Assembly (NCBI GenBank): GCA_963794325.1
Contig: CAWCDG010000002.1
Span: forward strand, 352,001-416,000
Source of the DNA: an uncultured delta proteobacterium
Lineage (GTDB): Bacteria; Desulfobacterota; Binatia; Binatales; Binataceae
DNA length: 64,000 nucleotides
Direction of reading: 5' to 3'
Shown here: in pieces, positions 1 through 8,739 of the stretch
Numbering within the stretch: position 1 is the stretch's first letter
Layout: the number at the start of each line of letters is the position of its first letter
Notes under the pieces: model-generated
Told to the model about the DNA's origin: nothing
The model's database searches: none
Seen by the model: only the letters and a program-made list of their open reading frames with translations
Position numbers and translations under genes: made by a program

Positions 1-107
1 TTGCTTATGTGCTTGTCCATTTTTGGGCACCATACGATAACGAATTTGCTGAGGCGTCGCAGGAGGATCGTAGTTGGCAACGTTGGGCGACGCAATTGTC
101 TTTAAAT

Positions 108-1400
108 CTAAAATTTCCAGATGACGTTGAGCGCGAGGAAATTGTAATAGTCGGATGAAAGATGGCCTTGAAGTGTTCCAGCGAGAGGTCCGCGGCGAGC
201 ACTGTAAGGTGCAGGGCCCGCGTCCAGCAACTCCCACGCAAGGCCGGCCGTTATGTCGCGATTGATTTGATATTGAATGCCGGTGCCATATCGCAGCTGG
301 CGATCGAGCGGCAAGCTGGGCACTCGGTTCGCCTTCGAGACCGGCGAACTGTCATAGGCAAATCCCGCTGACCAGAGCCATTTTTCACCGAACCGAAATT
401 GCTGTCCGATCGCGATCTGACAGGTATCCGAAAAATGCAGGTTGGCCTCAACCGTCCTTTGCTTGCGGGCGGAAATTCCAACCGGGAACTCTCCGAACGC
501 AGACCAGTTCTGCCATCCGACATTACCCATCAGGCTCCAGTTCGAGGTGACGTCGTACAGTCCGCTCAGCATTACCTGTTGCGGCACTTCCATCGGGATC
601 TCGATCTTTGTGCCGCCGATCCTCTGTCGAATACGGTTGAGAATAGGACCAAGACCCGTGACGTGCGGCCGAAAGCCGAATTTGTAGTCGATCGGCGACT
701 GATAGGTGAGACCGACGCGGAGTTTAGCGATCGGCCTGAGCAATAGGCCGACGTTACCGCCGAATGCCTCATCCCACGACTCGAACGCGAGGCTGCCGTC
801 CGGCACGCGCGGAAGTGCACTGTTAATCTTCGATTGAAACAGCAGACGTCCGACTGAGAAGCTGAAACCCGCGCCCACCGAGAGCCAGTCATTCACCTCG
901 TAAGCGATTGACGGATTGACTTTGCCGGTGAGGAGTGGCTGCCGCGTCACGTAGTATCGTCCCGTCCATGTCTTTCCGTAGTTGAAGTTTCCTCCGAAAT
1001 CGGAGACAGCATCTACGCCGAGCCGAACGCGTTCCGAGAGCTTGTAAACGTAAAAGAAACCTCCGAGGGGCATGAACACTCCGGCGTTGCCACCACCTCC
1101 GCCCGCGGTTGTCGTTTGCGGTGCCACGTCGAAGTTATTGGAGGGAAGTATGGCGCCAGATGCCCCCAGCAACTGTGAACGGTCGAGGAGAGTCATCCCT
1201 GCGGGATTGGCGGCGGCCGTTGAGGCGTCCGCGGCCATCGCCGCTCGTCCGGCGCTTGCCGTGCCGAGGTCGGGCGCGCCGGTCTCGTACAGCAACAAGC
1301 CGGCGGCTCGCGCGCAGGTGACGAAAGTCAGCAGGATGAGTGTCGCGACAGATATAGTTCTGTAAACTTTACGCAATTGCGGTTGCATTGTGAGTTTCAC
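108..1400 (-). CDS. OmpP1/FadL-family outer-membrane transport protein
   Basis: Signal peptide. N-terminal 'GLLLYETGAPDLGTASAGRAAMAADASTAAANPAGM' matches the FadL hatch pattern. Amphipathic beta-strands and C-terminal Phe (WKF). Confidence 0.85.
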   Translation of the reverse strand: MKLTMQPQLRKVYRTISVATLILLTFVTCARAAGLLLYETGAPDLGTASAGRAAMAADASTAAANPAGMTLLDRSQLLGASGAILPSNNFDVAPQTTTAGGGGGNAGVFMPLGGFFYVYKLSERVRLGVDAVSDFGGNFNYGKTWTGRYYVTRQPLLTGKVNPSIAYEVNDWLSVGAGFSFSVGRLLFQSKINSALPRVPDGSLAFESWDEAFGGNVGLLLRPIAKLRVGLTYQSPIDYKFGFRPHVTGLGPILNRIRQRIGGTKIEIPMEVPQQVMLSGLYDVTSNWSLMGNVGWQNWSAFGEFPVGISARKQRTVEANLHFSDTCQIAIGQQFRFGEKWLWSAGFAYDSSPVSKANRVPSLPLDRQLRYGTGIQYQINRDITAGLAWELLDAGPAPYSARRGPLAGTLQGHLSSDYYNFLALNVIWKF

Positions 1401-2159
1401 TTCGACATCAATACTTTGCCGGTCGTGCTATCGATGTTGAATAGCCAGAAGGCAGTCACGTCCTCCTCAAGGATCATTGCGACCATGCCTACGCCCGGTG
1501 CAAAGAAGTTGTAGCCCGTGTTCTGCGTGTGGGCCGGTCCAACCTTGCCCTCGCACTGAACGCGGAACAGAACGGCCGGAAATACCCCAGCCGGTACTGT
1601 TACCTGGTAGGTGCCGACGTACGTGTAGGTGCCGTTGATCGATCCTGAGTACTTCTGGTCGCTGGGATCGTCAAGATAATTTACTGAGACTTGCTGCGTG
1701 TAGGATCGCGACTCTCCAGGTTGCATGCCTTTGGGCACGAATGGATTAGCCGGTGTGGTGACTACTACCACTCCTTCGCCAGCGTCGGTGAGCGCGGCCA
1801 TTATGATATCGCCCTGTTCGGTCTCGCGCATGAAGCCCGCTAAGGATGGAGTCATCTGAAAGCGCCAGGCCTTCCTGCCGCCGGGACGCCGGGTCTTCCA
1901 CAGCCCAAGAGTCTGAACGGTGCCGGCGTTAGGTCCGGCCATCACTTGGAATTGCTGCGACTTCTGTTGCAAGCGGGAAGTAAGAAGATGGATCGCCGAT
2001 AGGATTGCTCGGCAATGCGGCGCCCACCACGCCCGGACCAAGCTGAGCGGTTATATTCTGCTGATCCTGCGCTGGCAATGGCAGCACGACACCTTGGGCG
2101 CGTGCCGATCCCGAGCAAAGCAGCAAGAGGCCGAATGTCACCGCTACGAATGTTCGCAT
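1397..2159 (-). pseudogene. Exported hypothetical protein interrupted by a +1 frameshift near 1970 (probably a sequence error)
   Basis: ORF 1929..2204 (signal peptide MRTFVAVTFGLLLLC...) and ORF 1397..2041 join at 'SSYFPL|QQKSQQF' if one base is removed. Span is 763 nt (3n+1). The stop overlaps the FadL GTG start. Confidence 0.65.
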
Positions 2160-2205
2160 CACAGTTCCTTCCTTTATCGCTGACTGGCGTCGCTGTTGAA
2201 CCAAG

Positions 2206-2517
2206 CTAGTTCACTAATCCACTCTGGACGAAGACGCTACCCTTTGGCCCGATTCGGACGCATTCGGCCTGTCCGTTGTAGTCGGGGTTGCAGATTGGTT
2301 TGTCAGCGGCAGCACACTTGAACAAGCCTGGTTCGATCTGCTGGCACTGATTGATATCGAAGTGTAGCTCGGTCTTCGCCAGTGCCGCTTGCTGGGCCGC
2401 AGATGGTTCGGACGACGACGAGCACCCGGCCAATTCCAACAGTCCTAGCAGTGCGATGGTTAAAAAGATCGGCTTTACCACTGGTAGTGCCTTCACTCCT
2501 GAGAGTTCTGTCACCAT
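2206..2517 (-). CDS. Small Cys-containing lipoprotein
   Basis: Lipobox LAGC after a hydrophobic stretch; four further Cys; co-oriented within the operon. Confidence 0.65.
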   Translation of the reverse strand: MVTELSGVKALPVVKPIFLTIALLGLLELAGCSSSSEPSAAQQAALAKTELHFDINQCQQIEPGLFKCAAADKPICNPDYNGQAECVRIGPKGSVFVQSGLVN

Positions 2518-2545
2518 CGATGTTTCTCCACTCGGGTTTCGGAAG

Positions 2546-2581
2546 GCGCGGAGGGCAGTTCACGTATGCCGCCCTCCGCGC
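2546..2581. terminator. Intra-operon GC-rich hairpin (stabiliser or terminator)
   Basis: GCGCGGAGGGC (2546-2556) pairs with GCCCTCCGCGC (2571-2581), just downstream of the sulfatase stop. Confidence 0.4.
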
Positions 2582-2590
2582 ACAGTTCAA

Positions 2591-4288
2591 CTATTCGCCT
2601 TCGTGCTGCTTGATTGCTGCATCGATTTGGGCCTTAATCGCCGAAAGGTTGAAGGATGCCGGCGCTTGCATCGGAGGATAGTCGATCGCCGTCATCGCTA
2701 GCTGACCCACGTACTTCTGAACCATCACGAAGCGCCAGAATTCGCGGGCGTAGAAATCGTTCAAATAGCCTCCGCCCATATCGTTGGTGCTCTGGCCGCG
2801 AGTAGCGGGCGTGCGCTCGAACGGATCTTGCCGGAGGTTCACGATGGTCGGCATGTCGGTCGTGACCTTCTCTCCGGGCCAACCCCACGGCTGCTGGAAG
2901 AACTGATACTTGAAGTCGTCGATGCGCAGAGCGCCCAAGTGCGGTCCACCGAAGTAGAAGACCTCGTGACGCTTGGATGGACCATTACCGGTCAGTACAT
3001 CCATTTGGTCATAACCGTCGAGGTGATTCTTATACTCGCGGTCTCCGAGCGTCACTCCTTGCAGAAGCTGTTTGGTCACGTCGGGATTACCGGCCGCATC
3101 AGAGAGTGTCGGCAGCCAGTCGAGTCCGGAGAAAATACCGTTCTCAACGGCACCGGGCTTGACGTGACCCGGCCAGCGGATGATGGCAGGAACGCGGAAG
3201 CCACCTTCAAAGACAGTTCCTTTGGTAGCTTTAAACGGGGTCATGCCGCCGTCGGGCCAGGTGAACACCTCGGCACCGTTATCGGTGGTGAAGATGACGA
3301 TGGTGTTGTCGGCCTCGCCGATGTCCTCGATGTGCTTCAGGATCTCGCCGACGCTTTCATCCATCTGCGCCATGCCGGCCTCTTCAACATTGTAGTTGTC
3401 CTTTGCATTCATCATCGCCTGGTACTTCGGCGGCAGATAGGTGAAGACGTGCATGCGGGTAGTGTTATGCCAGATGAAGAACGGCTTGCCGTCCTGTTTG
3501 GCCTTGTCCATAAACCCGTTCGTACTCTTTACCAGCACGTCGTCGAAGGTCTCCATGTCGTACTTGGCCTTGCGACCTTCCTGCCAGTTCTGCATGTCTT
3601 TCATGTTGGGAAATGGCGCCAGAGGACCTTCATCTACGATCTTCTGCTTGCCTACCTTACCCCAGCGCGGCATCACGGTAGCGTCGTCAGTGTCGGATGC
3701 CCAACAGTGCGTCAGATTGCGCGGCCCAGTCTTGTCTATCCAATCCTGCGGGTAGTCGAACCAATACGGATCCGACATCGCGTCGAGGTGGTACAAGTAG
3801 CCAAAGTATTCGTCAAAGCCGTGGACGCAGGGCAGGTACTTGTTCAGATCCCCGAGGTGGTTTTTCCCGAATTGAGCTGTCTCATAACCCTGCGCCTTCA
3901 AGACAGTGGCCAGGGTGACGGCCTGTGCTGGCAACCCTACGTCGGCACCTGCCTGGCCAACGGTGGTCAAACCGGTACGTAGGGGCAACTCGCCGGTGAT
4001 GAAATTGGCGCGACCAGCCGTACAGCTCGCCTCGGCATAGTAGTCGGTGAACATCATGCCCTGGGAGGCAAGTTTGTCGAGGTTGGGCGTCTTGCCCGAC
4101 ATGATACCGCGGTGATAGGCGCCGATGTTAAACCAACCCACGTCGTCGCCCATGATGACGAGAATGTTAGGCTTCTTGTTCTGCGCGTATGCAGTATGTG
4201 CGAAATTCAAGCCGATGATCGCCCCGATGATGAGGGCGATCGCGAAATACCTGTTTTTCCAGACACGCATGAAAATATCCTCCTGCAC
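2591..4288 (-). CDS. Arylsulfatase (Cys-type, exported)
   Basis: KPNILVIMGDDVG, SCTAGRA formylglycine motif, FGKNHLG, TTDNG, EGGFRVP; signal peptide. Confidence 0.92.
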   Translation of the reverse strand: MQEDIFMRVWKNRYFAIALIIGAIIGLNFAHTAYAQNKKPNILVIMGDDVGWFNIGAYHRGIMSGKTPNLDKLASQGMMFTDYYAEASCTAGRANFITGELPLRTGLTTVGQAGADVGLPAQAVTLATVLKAQGYETAQFGKNHLGDLNKYLPCVHGFDEYFGYLYHLDAMSDPYWFDYPQDWIDKTGPRNLTHCWASDTDDATVMPRWGKVGKQKIVDEGPLAPFPNMKDMQNWQEGRKAKYDMETFDDVLVKSTNGFMDKAKQDGKPFFIWHNTTRMHVFTYLPPKYQAMMNAKDNYNVEEAGMAQMDESVGEILKHIEDIGEADNTIVIFTTDNGAEVFTWPDGGMTPFKATKGTVFEGGFRVPAIIRWPGHVKPGAVENGIFSGLDWLPTLSDAAGNPDVTKQLLQGVTLGDREYKNHLDGYDQMDVLTGNGPSKRHEVFYFGGPHLGALRIDDFKYQFFQQPWGWPGEKVTTDMPTIVNLRQDPFERTPATRGQSTNDMGGGYLNDFYAREFWRFVMVQKYVGQLAMTAIDYPPMQAPASFNLSAIKAQIDAAIKQHEGE

Positions 4289-4299
4289 GGCCCTTTACG

Positions 4300-5664
4300 T
4301 TATTGACCTTGACGCACATTCCATCCATTAGCCGTCAGTTGCTGACGCGCGAGCGGAGTCATCTGGCCGTTGAGCAAGATAACGCGATGGTGCATAGCCA
4401 GCATCTGAGGATCAGTTACAAAACCAGCCGTACGCGGTGTCCACGATACGTAGTCAACCGGGGCGGGCAGAATCGTGGCGCCATTCTGATCGCGTGCGAC
4501 TATCGGTCCGGGAACTCTGAGTCCTGTTATAGGAGCTTGCTGCTGACTCCATTGAACCAGCATGTGCAGCGAAGTGACCAGGAAACGCGCCTGGTATTCG
4601 GTCATCATGTTGCCGATAGCGACCGCCGCCGCGCGACGACCCGGTATGTTGCCGAGCGCCTCGAGGTCTTTGACCGCGTCAACCTGTAGACTCAAAGGAA
4701 TCGCGGTGTTTGTGCTGAACGCCACGATTTCTTCCTGCGACAAGCCGAAACTCTTCAACTTTTTCTGAACGAGGATGATCAGGTCTGCTCTAGGTGTCTG
4801 ATAGACGAGATCGTTGGTGACCGTTACGGCTGTGATGATCATTGAGCCGGGGACGGCCATCATGGCCGCTGAGACCGTCATACGAGCGGAGAACATGACC
4901 CAAGCGACATGGTTCAGCTTCTTGGTGAGGATTGGATCGGAGCTGTAAGGATCGACGTGTAGTTCATGCGCCAGCTGTCGACGGACCTGGTCGTAGCCCA
5001 GCGCTGTAAGTGTAGCGTTGCCCGCCTGACCGGCGGCTTTACCGCTGCCGAAGGAATTCGAAGCCGACGATGCTATCGTTGTCGCGCCCAGGCTGACGCG
5101 GCCAAACAAGTCCCCGACTCCGCTCGGCAAGCCGGTGACCGTATCCATCGGATGCATGATCATATTTCCCGCGGCGGCTACCGGACGTACAGCGCTTGTA
5201 ACCAGCGCATTGGCAAACACGCTGCTGTTACTCATGCCATCGAGCTCCGCGATAGCTGGAATCTCAGACAGACGTATCTTCAGCATGTCGAGGCTTTCGA
5301 CGTAGTAGGTGCCCGCGTCGTCATGAAACACGCTCGGGTCGGCCACGATGGTGTATTGGCCCATCACGCCATTAGTCGGTGCTTGCGGCTGAACGGTATA
5401 CCCCGGTCCCGAAAGTGGAGCCCCGGGCAGCAGCTCGGCCACATTGACGACCGGCGGCTCCTCGTATTGTCCTCCCGCTGCGCCAAGCTGGGACGGTTGA
5501 ATCGCTGCCATCGGCGGCGGAGGCGCTGACGGTGCGGCCGGCGCTTGCGCAGCCTGGCTCGGTGCGGAAGGCGCTGTTTGAGAGCAACTCGCCAGCAAAA
5601 ATCCGGCGAGCAGAACCGACAGCAAGCCTGTCGCACGCTTCATGTTTTTCGAGTTCAGTTTCAT
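4300..5664 (-). CDS. Hypothetical lipoprotein with Pro/Ala-rich N-terminus
   Basis: GAGGAG RBS before ATG 5664; lipobox LASC; first gene of the leftward operon. Confidence 0.7.
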   Translation of the reverse strand: MKLNSKNMKRATGLLSVLLAGFLLASCSQTAPSAPSQAAQAPAAPSAPPPPMAAIQPSQLGAAGGQYEEPPVVNVAELLPGAPLSGPGYTVQPQAPTNGVMGQYTIVADPSVFHDDAGTYYVESLDMLKIRLSEIPAIAELDGMSNSSVFANALVTSAVRPVAAAGNMIMHPMDTVTGLPSGVGDLFGRVSLGATTIASSASNSFGSGKAAGQAGNATLTALGYDQVRRQLAHELHVDPYSSDPILTKKLNHVAWVMFSARMTVSAAMMAVPGSMIITAVTVTNDLVYQTPRADLIILVQKKLKSFGLSQEEIVAFSTNTAIPLSLQVDAVKDLEALGNIPGRRAAAVAIGNMMTEYQARFLVTSLHMLVQWSQQQAPITGLRVPGPIVARDQNGATILPAPVDYVSWTPRTAGFVTDPQMLAMHHRVILLNGQMTPLARQQLTANGWNVRQGQ

Positions 5665-5725
5665 TTTCTCCTCGGACTGCCTCTTCTGATTGGCGACAGA
5701 ATCGTCCATTTTTCCGGGTGGCGAT

Positions 5726-5743
5726 ATTGTACTTTGGTACAAT
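5726..5743. promoter_or_regulatory. Palindromic operator ATTGTAC-TTTG-GTACAAT (copy 1)
   Basis: Perfect 7-bp inverted repeat with a 4-nt spacer in the divergent intergenic region; identical copy at 15479. Confidence 0.7.
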
Positions 5744-5763
5744 GGCCGGAGAGGCGCCGCGCG

Positions 5764-6249
5764 ATGCATAGTTTGACTGCAAGGAACCGTGCGGATGACG
5801 GGGGGCCGTTGTCCCGCGAAAGCCGGTATCGTTACTTGGGGAAGAAATCGCCGGCCACAGTGATTGTGGTAGATGACGACGCGTCCATCCGCGGGGCGCT
5901 GCGCAGGCAACTTCGGATTTTGGAATTCAACGTCTTAGACTTCGCAAGCGCGGAAGAATTTCTGGCGAGCGAACTTCCAACCGGCGACGTTTGCCTTCTG
6001 CTGGACGTTTATATGCCCGCGATGACCGGAATCGAATTGTGCCGAAAAATGGAAGAATCAGGACGGCGACTGCCGACGATCCTGGTCAGCGGGCGCGACG
6101 ATCCGCAGACCCGGAAAACGATGCGCGAGGCAAAACCGGTCGCGAGCCTGCTCAAGCCCTTTGACGAAAAAAGCCTTCTACGTGCTATTAGGAAAGCTTT
6201 GCCGGATCGATCGAATCCTCCAGACTTGGAGCCGTCCACGACTCAATAG
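5764..6249 (+). CDS. Stand-alone response regulator receiver protein (start uncertain)
   Basis: VIVVDDD, LLLDVYMP (phosphoacceptor), ILVSG, LKPF; no output domain. Confidence 0.8.
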   Translation: MHSLTARNRADDGGPLSRESRYRYLGKKSPATVIVVDDDASIRGALRRQLRILEFNVLDFASAEEFLASELPTGDVCLLLDVYMPAMTGIELCRKMEESGRRLPTILVSGRDDPQTRKTMREAKPVASLLKPFDEKSLLRAIRKALPDRSNPPDLEPSTTQ

Positions 6250-6446
6250 CGCATTCAATTTTGTTCATTAAATTCCCGTGATCCTGACTTCCTGCCGCTT
6301 TTTTTCACAGCAGGAGGTTGGCTTTTCCGCGAGTACTTATTGTAAAGTTTGCCAACGAAAGGATCGTTCCGTCACCGTCCTCATCCTCCGTTTTTCGGTC
6401 TGGATCCAGGGCATTCGATCTGAGCGCGCGGTATCCGTTTTTATTG

Positions 6447-7793
6447 ATGCAACCTCGAACGCCCAATGCCACCGTCGCGCTGAAACGAGACCGGGGTGCG
6501 CGCGTCGCCCGCGAGCGGCGGGAGGTGGTGCGCTTCGAATCATTGGTCGGCGAACTGTCGGCTGCGATGGCGCGAGTGCCAGCTGATGAAGTCGACGGCG
6601 AAATCGAATTATGGCTAGGCAAAATCAGCCGAGCGCTTGATCTGGACCGGAGCGCCGTATACGAGCGCGATTCGCTGGACCAACCGGTGCGCGCAACGCA
6701 TACCTGGGTTCGACCGAATTTCCCGCCCTTCCCGCCGCACTACGATCCGGAGAAGTTCTTTCAGAGAAGCACCAGGTTGGTCATGTCGGGCAATACGCTT
6801 ACGTTCGCGCGTCCAAGCGAGATTCCGGCTGAAAACAAAGATGCAAGGCGCTTCGTAGAGCGATATGGACCCAAGGCTTCCGCGGCGATCCCGATGTGGG
6901 CCGGTGGCAAAGTCATCGGAGCGGCGACTTTCGGCAAGTTCCGCTCGCCTCGGAAATGGCCGCCTGAGCTGCTCGATCAGCTGGCGCTGGCCGTGCGACT
7001 TTTTGGGAGCGCGATCGAGCGGAAACAAGCCGAGGCGGCAATCCGCGCGGTGCGTACCGAACTCAGGGTAGCTTCGCGCCGCAACTCGATGAGCGAGCTG
7101 GTTGCTTCCCTCTCGCACGAAATCAACCAGCCACTCGGCGCGATTTTGAGTAACCTCGGCGGTGTTGCACGTTTGCTGAACCAGGGAAATCCACAGCCGG
7201 CGATGGCTCTGGAAGCGGTTAACAGCGCGATTGACGAGACCAAGCGGACCGCTGAAATCGTCCGTCGGATCCGCTCAATGTTCAAGGGGCAAGTTGAGCA
7301 CAAAACCGCTATCGGCATCGGCCGCTTGATTGGCGAAGTGGTCAAGCTAACTGCCGGCGAGGCTTCGGTGCGGAAGATTTCAGTGCAAACCGAGATCTCG
7401 CCGCCCGGACAACGAGTCATCGGCGACTCGATCCAATTGCAGCAGTGCGTGCTGAACCTCCTGATGAACGCCTTCGACGCGATCACGGAGGCCAAGTCGG
7501 CTCGACGCGAGGTCGCAATCAAGGTGCAGTCGGAAAAGATCGGATGGGTGGGAGTCAGCGTATGCGACAGCGGCGGGGGCATTGCTCCGGTCATCGCGAA
7601 ACGCCTGTTCGAGCCATTCGTTACTACCAAGACCGACGGAATGGGACTCGGCCTGCTCGTCACCCGCTCAATCGTGGAGAGTCACGGCGGAAGAATTTGG
7701 GCATCACCGAATCCGGAGCAGGGCACCACCTTTACCTTCACTCTTCCTGTCGCCGAACGGAAACGATTAAGCGCATCGAGACGCCTCGATTGA
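6447..7793 (+). CDS. GAF-domain sensor histidine kinase
   Basis: N-terminal GAF-like region, H-box SLSHEINQPL, N-box QCVLNLLMNA, DSGGG, FEPFVTTK, GMGLGL. No obvious TM segment. Confidence 0.9.
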   Translation: MQPRTPNATVALKRDRGARVARERREVVRFESLVGELSAAMARVPADEVDGEIELWLGKISRALDLDRSAVYERDSLDQPVRATHTWVRPNFPPFPPHYDPEKFFQRSTRLVMSGNTLTFARPSEIPAENKDARRFVERYGPKASAAIPMWAGGKVIGAATFGKFRSPRKWPPELLDQLALAVRLFGSAIERKQAEAAIRAVRTELRVASRRNSMSELVASLSHEINQPLGAILSNLGGVARLLNQGNPQPAMALEAVNSAIDETKRTAEIVRRIRSMFKGQVEHKTAIGIGRLIGEVVKLTAGEASVRKISVQTEISPPGQRVIGDSIQLQQCVLNLLMNAFDAITEAKSARREVAIKVQSEKIGWVGVSVCDSGGGIAPVIAKRLFEPFVTTKTDGMGLGLLVTRSIVESHGGRIWASPNPEQGTTFTFTLPVAERKRLSASRRLD

Positions 7794-7836
7794 ATGTCCT
7801 CTGCTGGGTCGTCGACCCTTTTGACTGCTTCGTCAT

Positions 7837-8499
7837 TCACCCGGAGTAAAGCTGTAGGACTCCAGCCATACGCACCAAATCAGCTATTGAATCGGCGCCC
7901 ATCTTGGTCATCACGCTTGCGCGATGCGCCTTGACGGTCCGTTCGGTCGTTCCCAATTCGCCGGCGACCTGCTTGTTGAGTAAACCCGACGTGATGAGCA
8001 CGAAGACTTCACGCTCGCGGGAGGTCAGAGAGCGATGCCGCTCTTCAAGTTCGACGAGCTGCGATCTCTCAGCGCGACGGCGGCGGGAAAGTTCGGCGCC
8101 GCGAGCTATTGAGCTCAAAATGGCATGATCATCAAGCGGCTTTTCAAGAAAATCCACGGCGCCTTTCCGCATCGCGTGCATCCCGAGCGACAGATCGCCG
8201 TGACCGGTAATGAAAACAATCGACGCAAAGGGAATGGTGCGGCTGAGTTCCTCCTGCAGCTGCAACCCGTTCATTTTGGGCAGGTAGATATCGGCCACGA
8301 CACAATCGAATTCTCGCGCATCGGAAGCTTCGAGAAGCTCTTCGGCGCAAGTGTAGGCAACGACTTCGAGACCGGCGGTGCTGAGCTGGAACGAGAGGGC
8401 TTGCCGCATACTCTCGTCGTCCTCGATAACCGCGACCTTGATGCGCGCGGATGTCGCCGCAGAGCCGAAGTCCTCAACTTTAATCTTTGCGATCGACAC
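7837..8499 (-). CDS. FixJ/StyR/TodT-type response regulator (REC + LuxR HTH)
   Basis: VIEDDE, VADIYLP, ITGHGD, FLEKP; HTH LTSREREV...GLLNKQVAGELGTTERTVKAHRA. Confidence 0.92.
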   Translation of the reverse strand: MSIAKIKVEDFGSAATSARIKVAVIEDDESMRQALSFQLSTAGLEVVAYTCAEELLEASDAREFDCVVADIYLPKMNGLQLQEELSRTIPFASIVFITGHGDLSLGMHAMRKGAVDFLEKPLDDHAILSSIARGAELSRRRRAERSQLVELEERHRSLTSREREVFVLITSGLLNKQVAGELGTTERTVKAHRASVMTKMGADSIADLVRMAGVLQLYSG

Positions 8500-8739
8500 G
8501 AATTCACTCCCCAGAGAATTTCACCGCGAAGCTTGGCAAAATAGTACAAATCGTTCATGGAAACGAGCAAATGGACTCTGGTCAGACATGATTCGCCTTT
8601 GTTTCCCTGGAGAACAGGTCTCGCTCGCGCCTCCAACGACTACGCATCGTAGCCAGATTGCCGATTCGTACGATAGGGACGGTGTTCTGTATTGCGGGTT
8701 CGCTGCGATCGTGAATGGAATGCTTTCGAGATTTGATCA

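Noticed and set aside
2828-3982. 384-aa + strand ORF and many similar long antisense ORFs (e.g. 12154-12753, 13914-14777, 48734-49819)
   Set aside because: They are shadows of well-supported genes on the opposite strand in GC-rich DNA, with no recognisable motifs.
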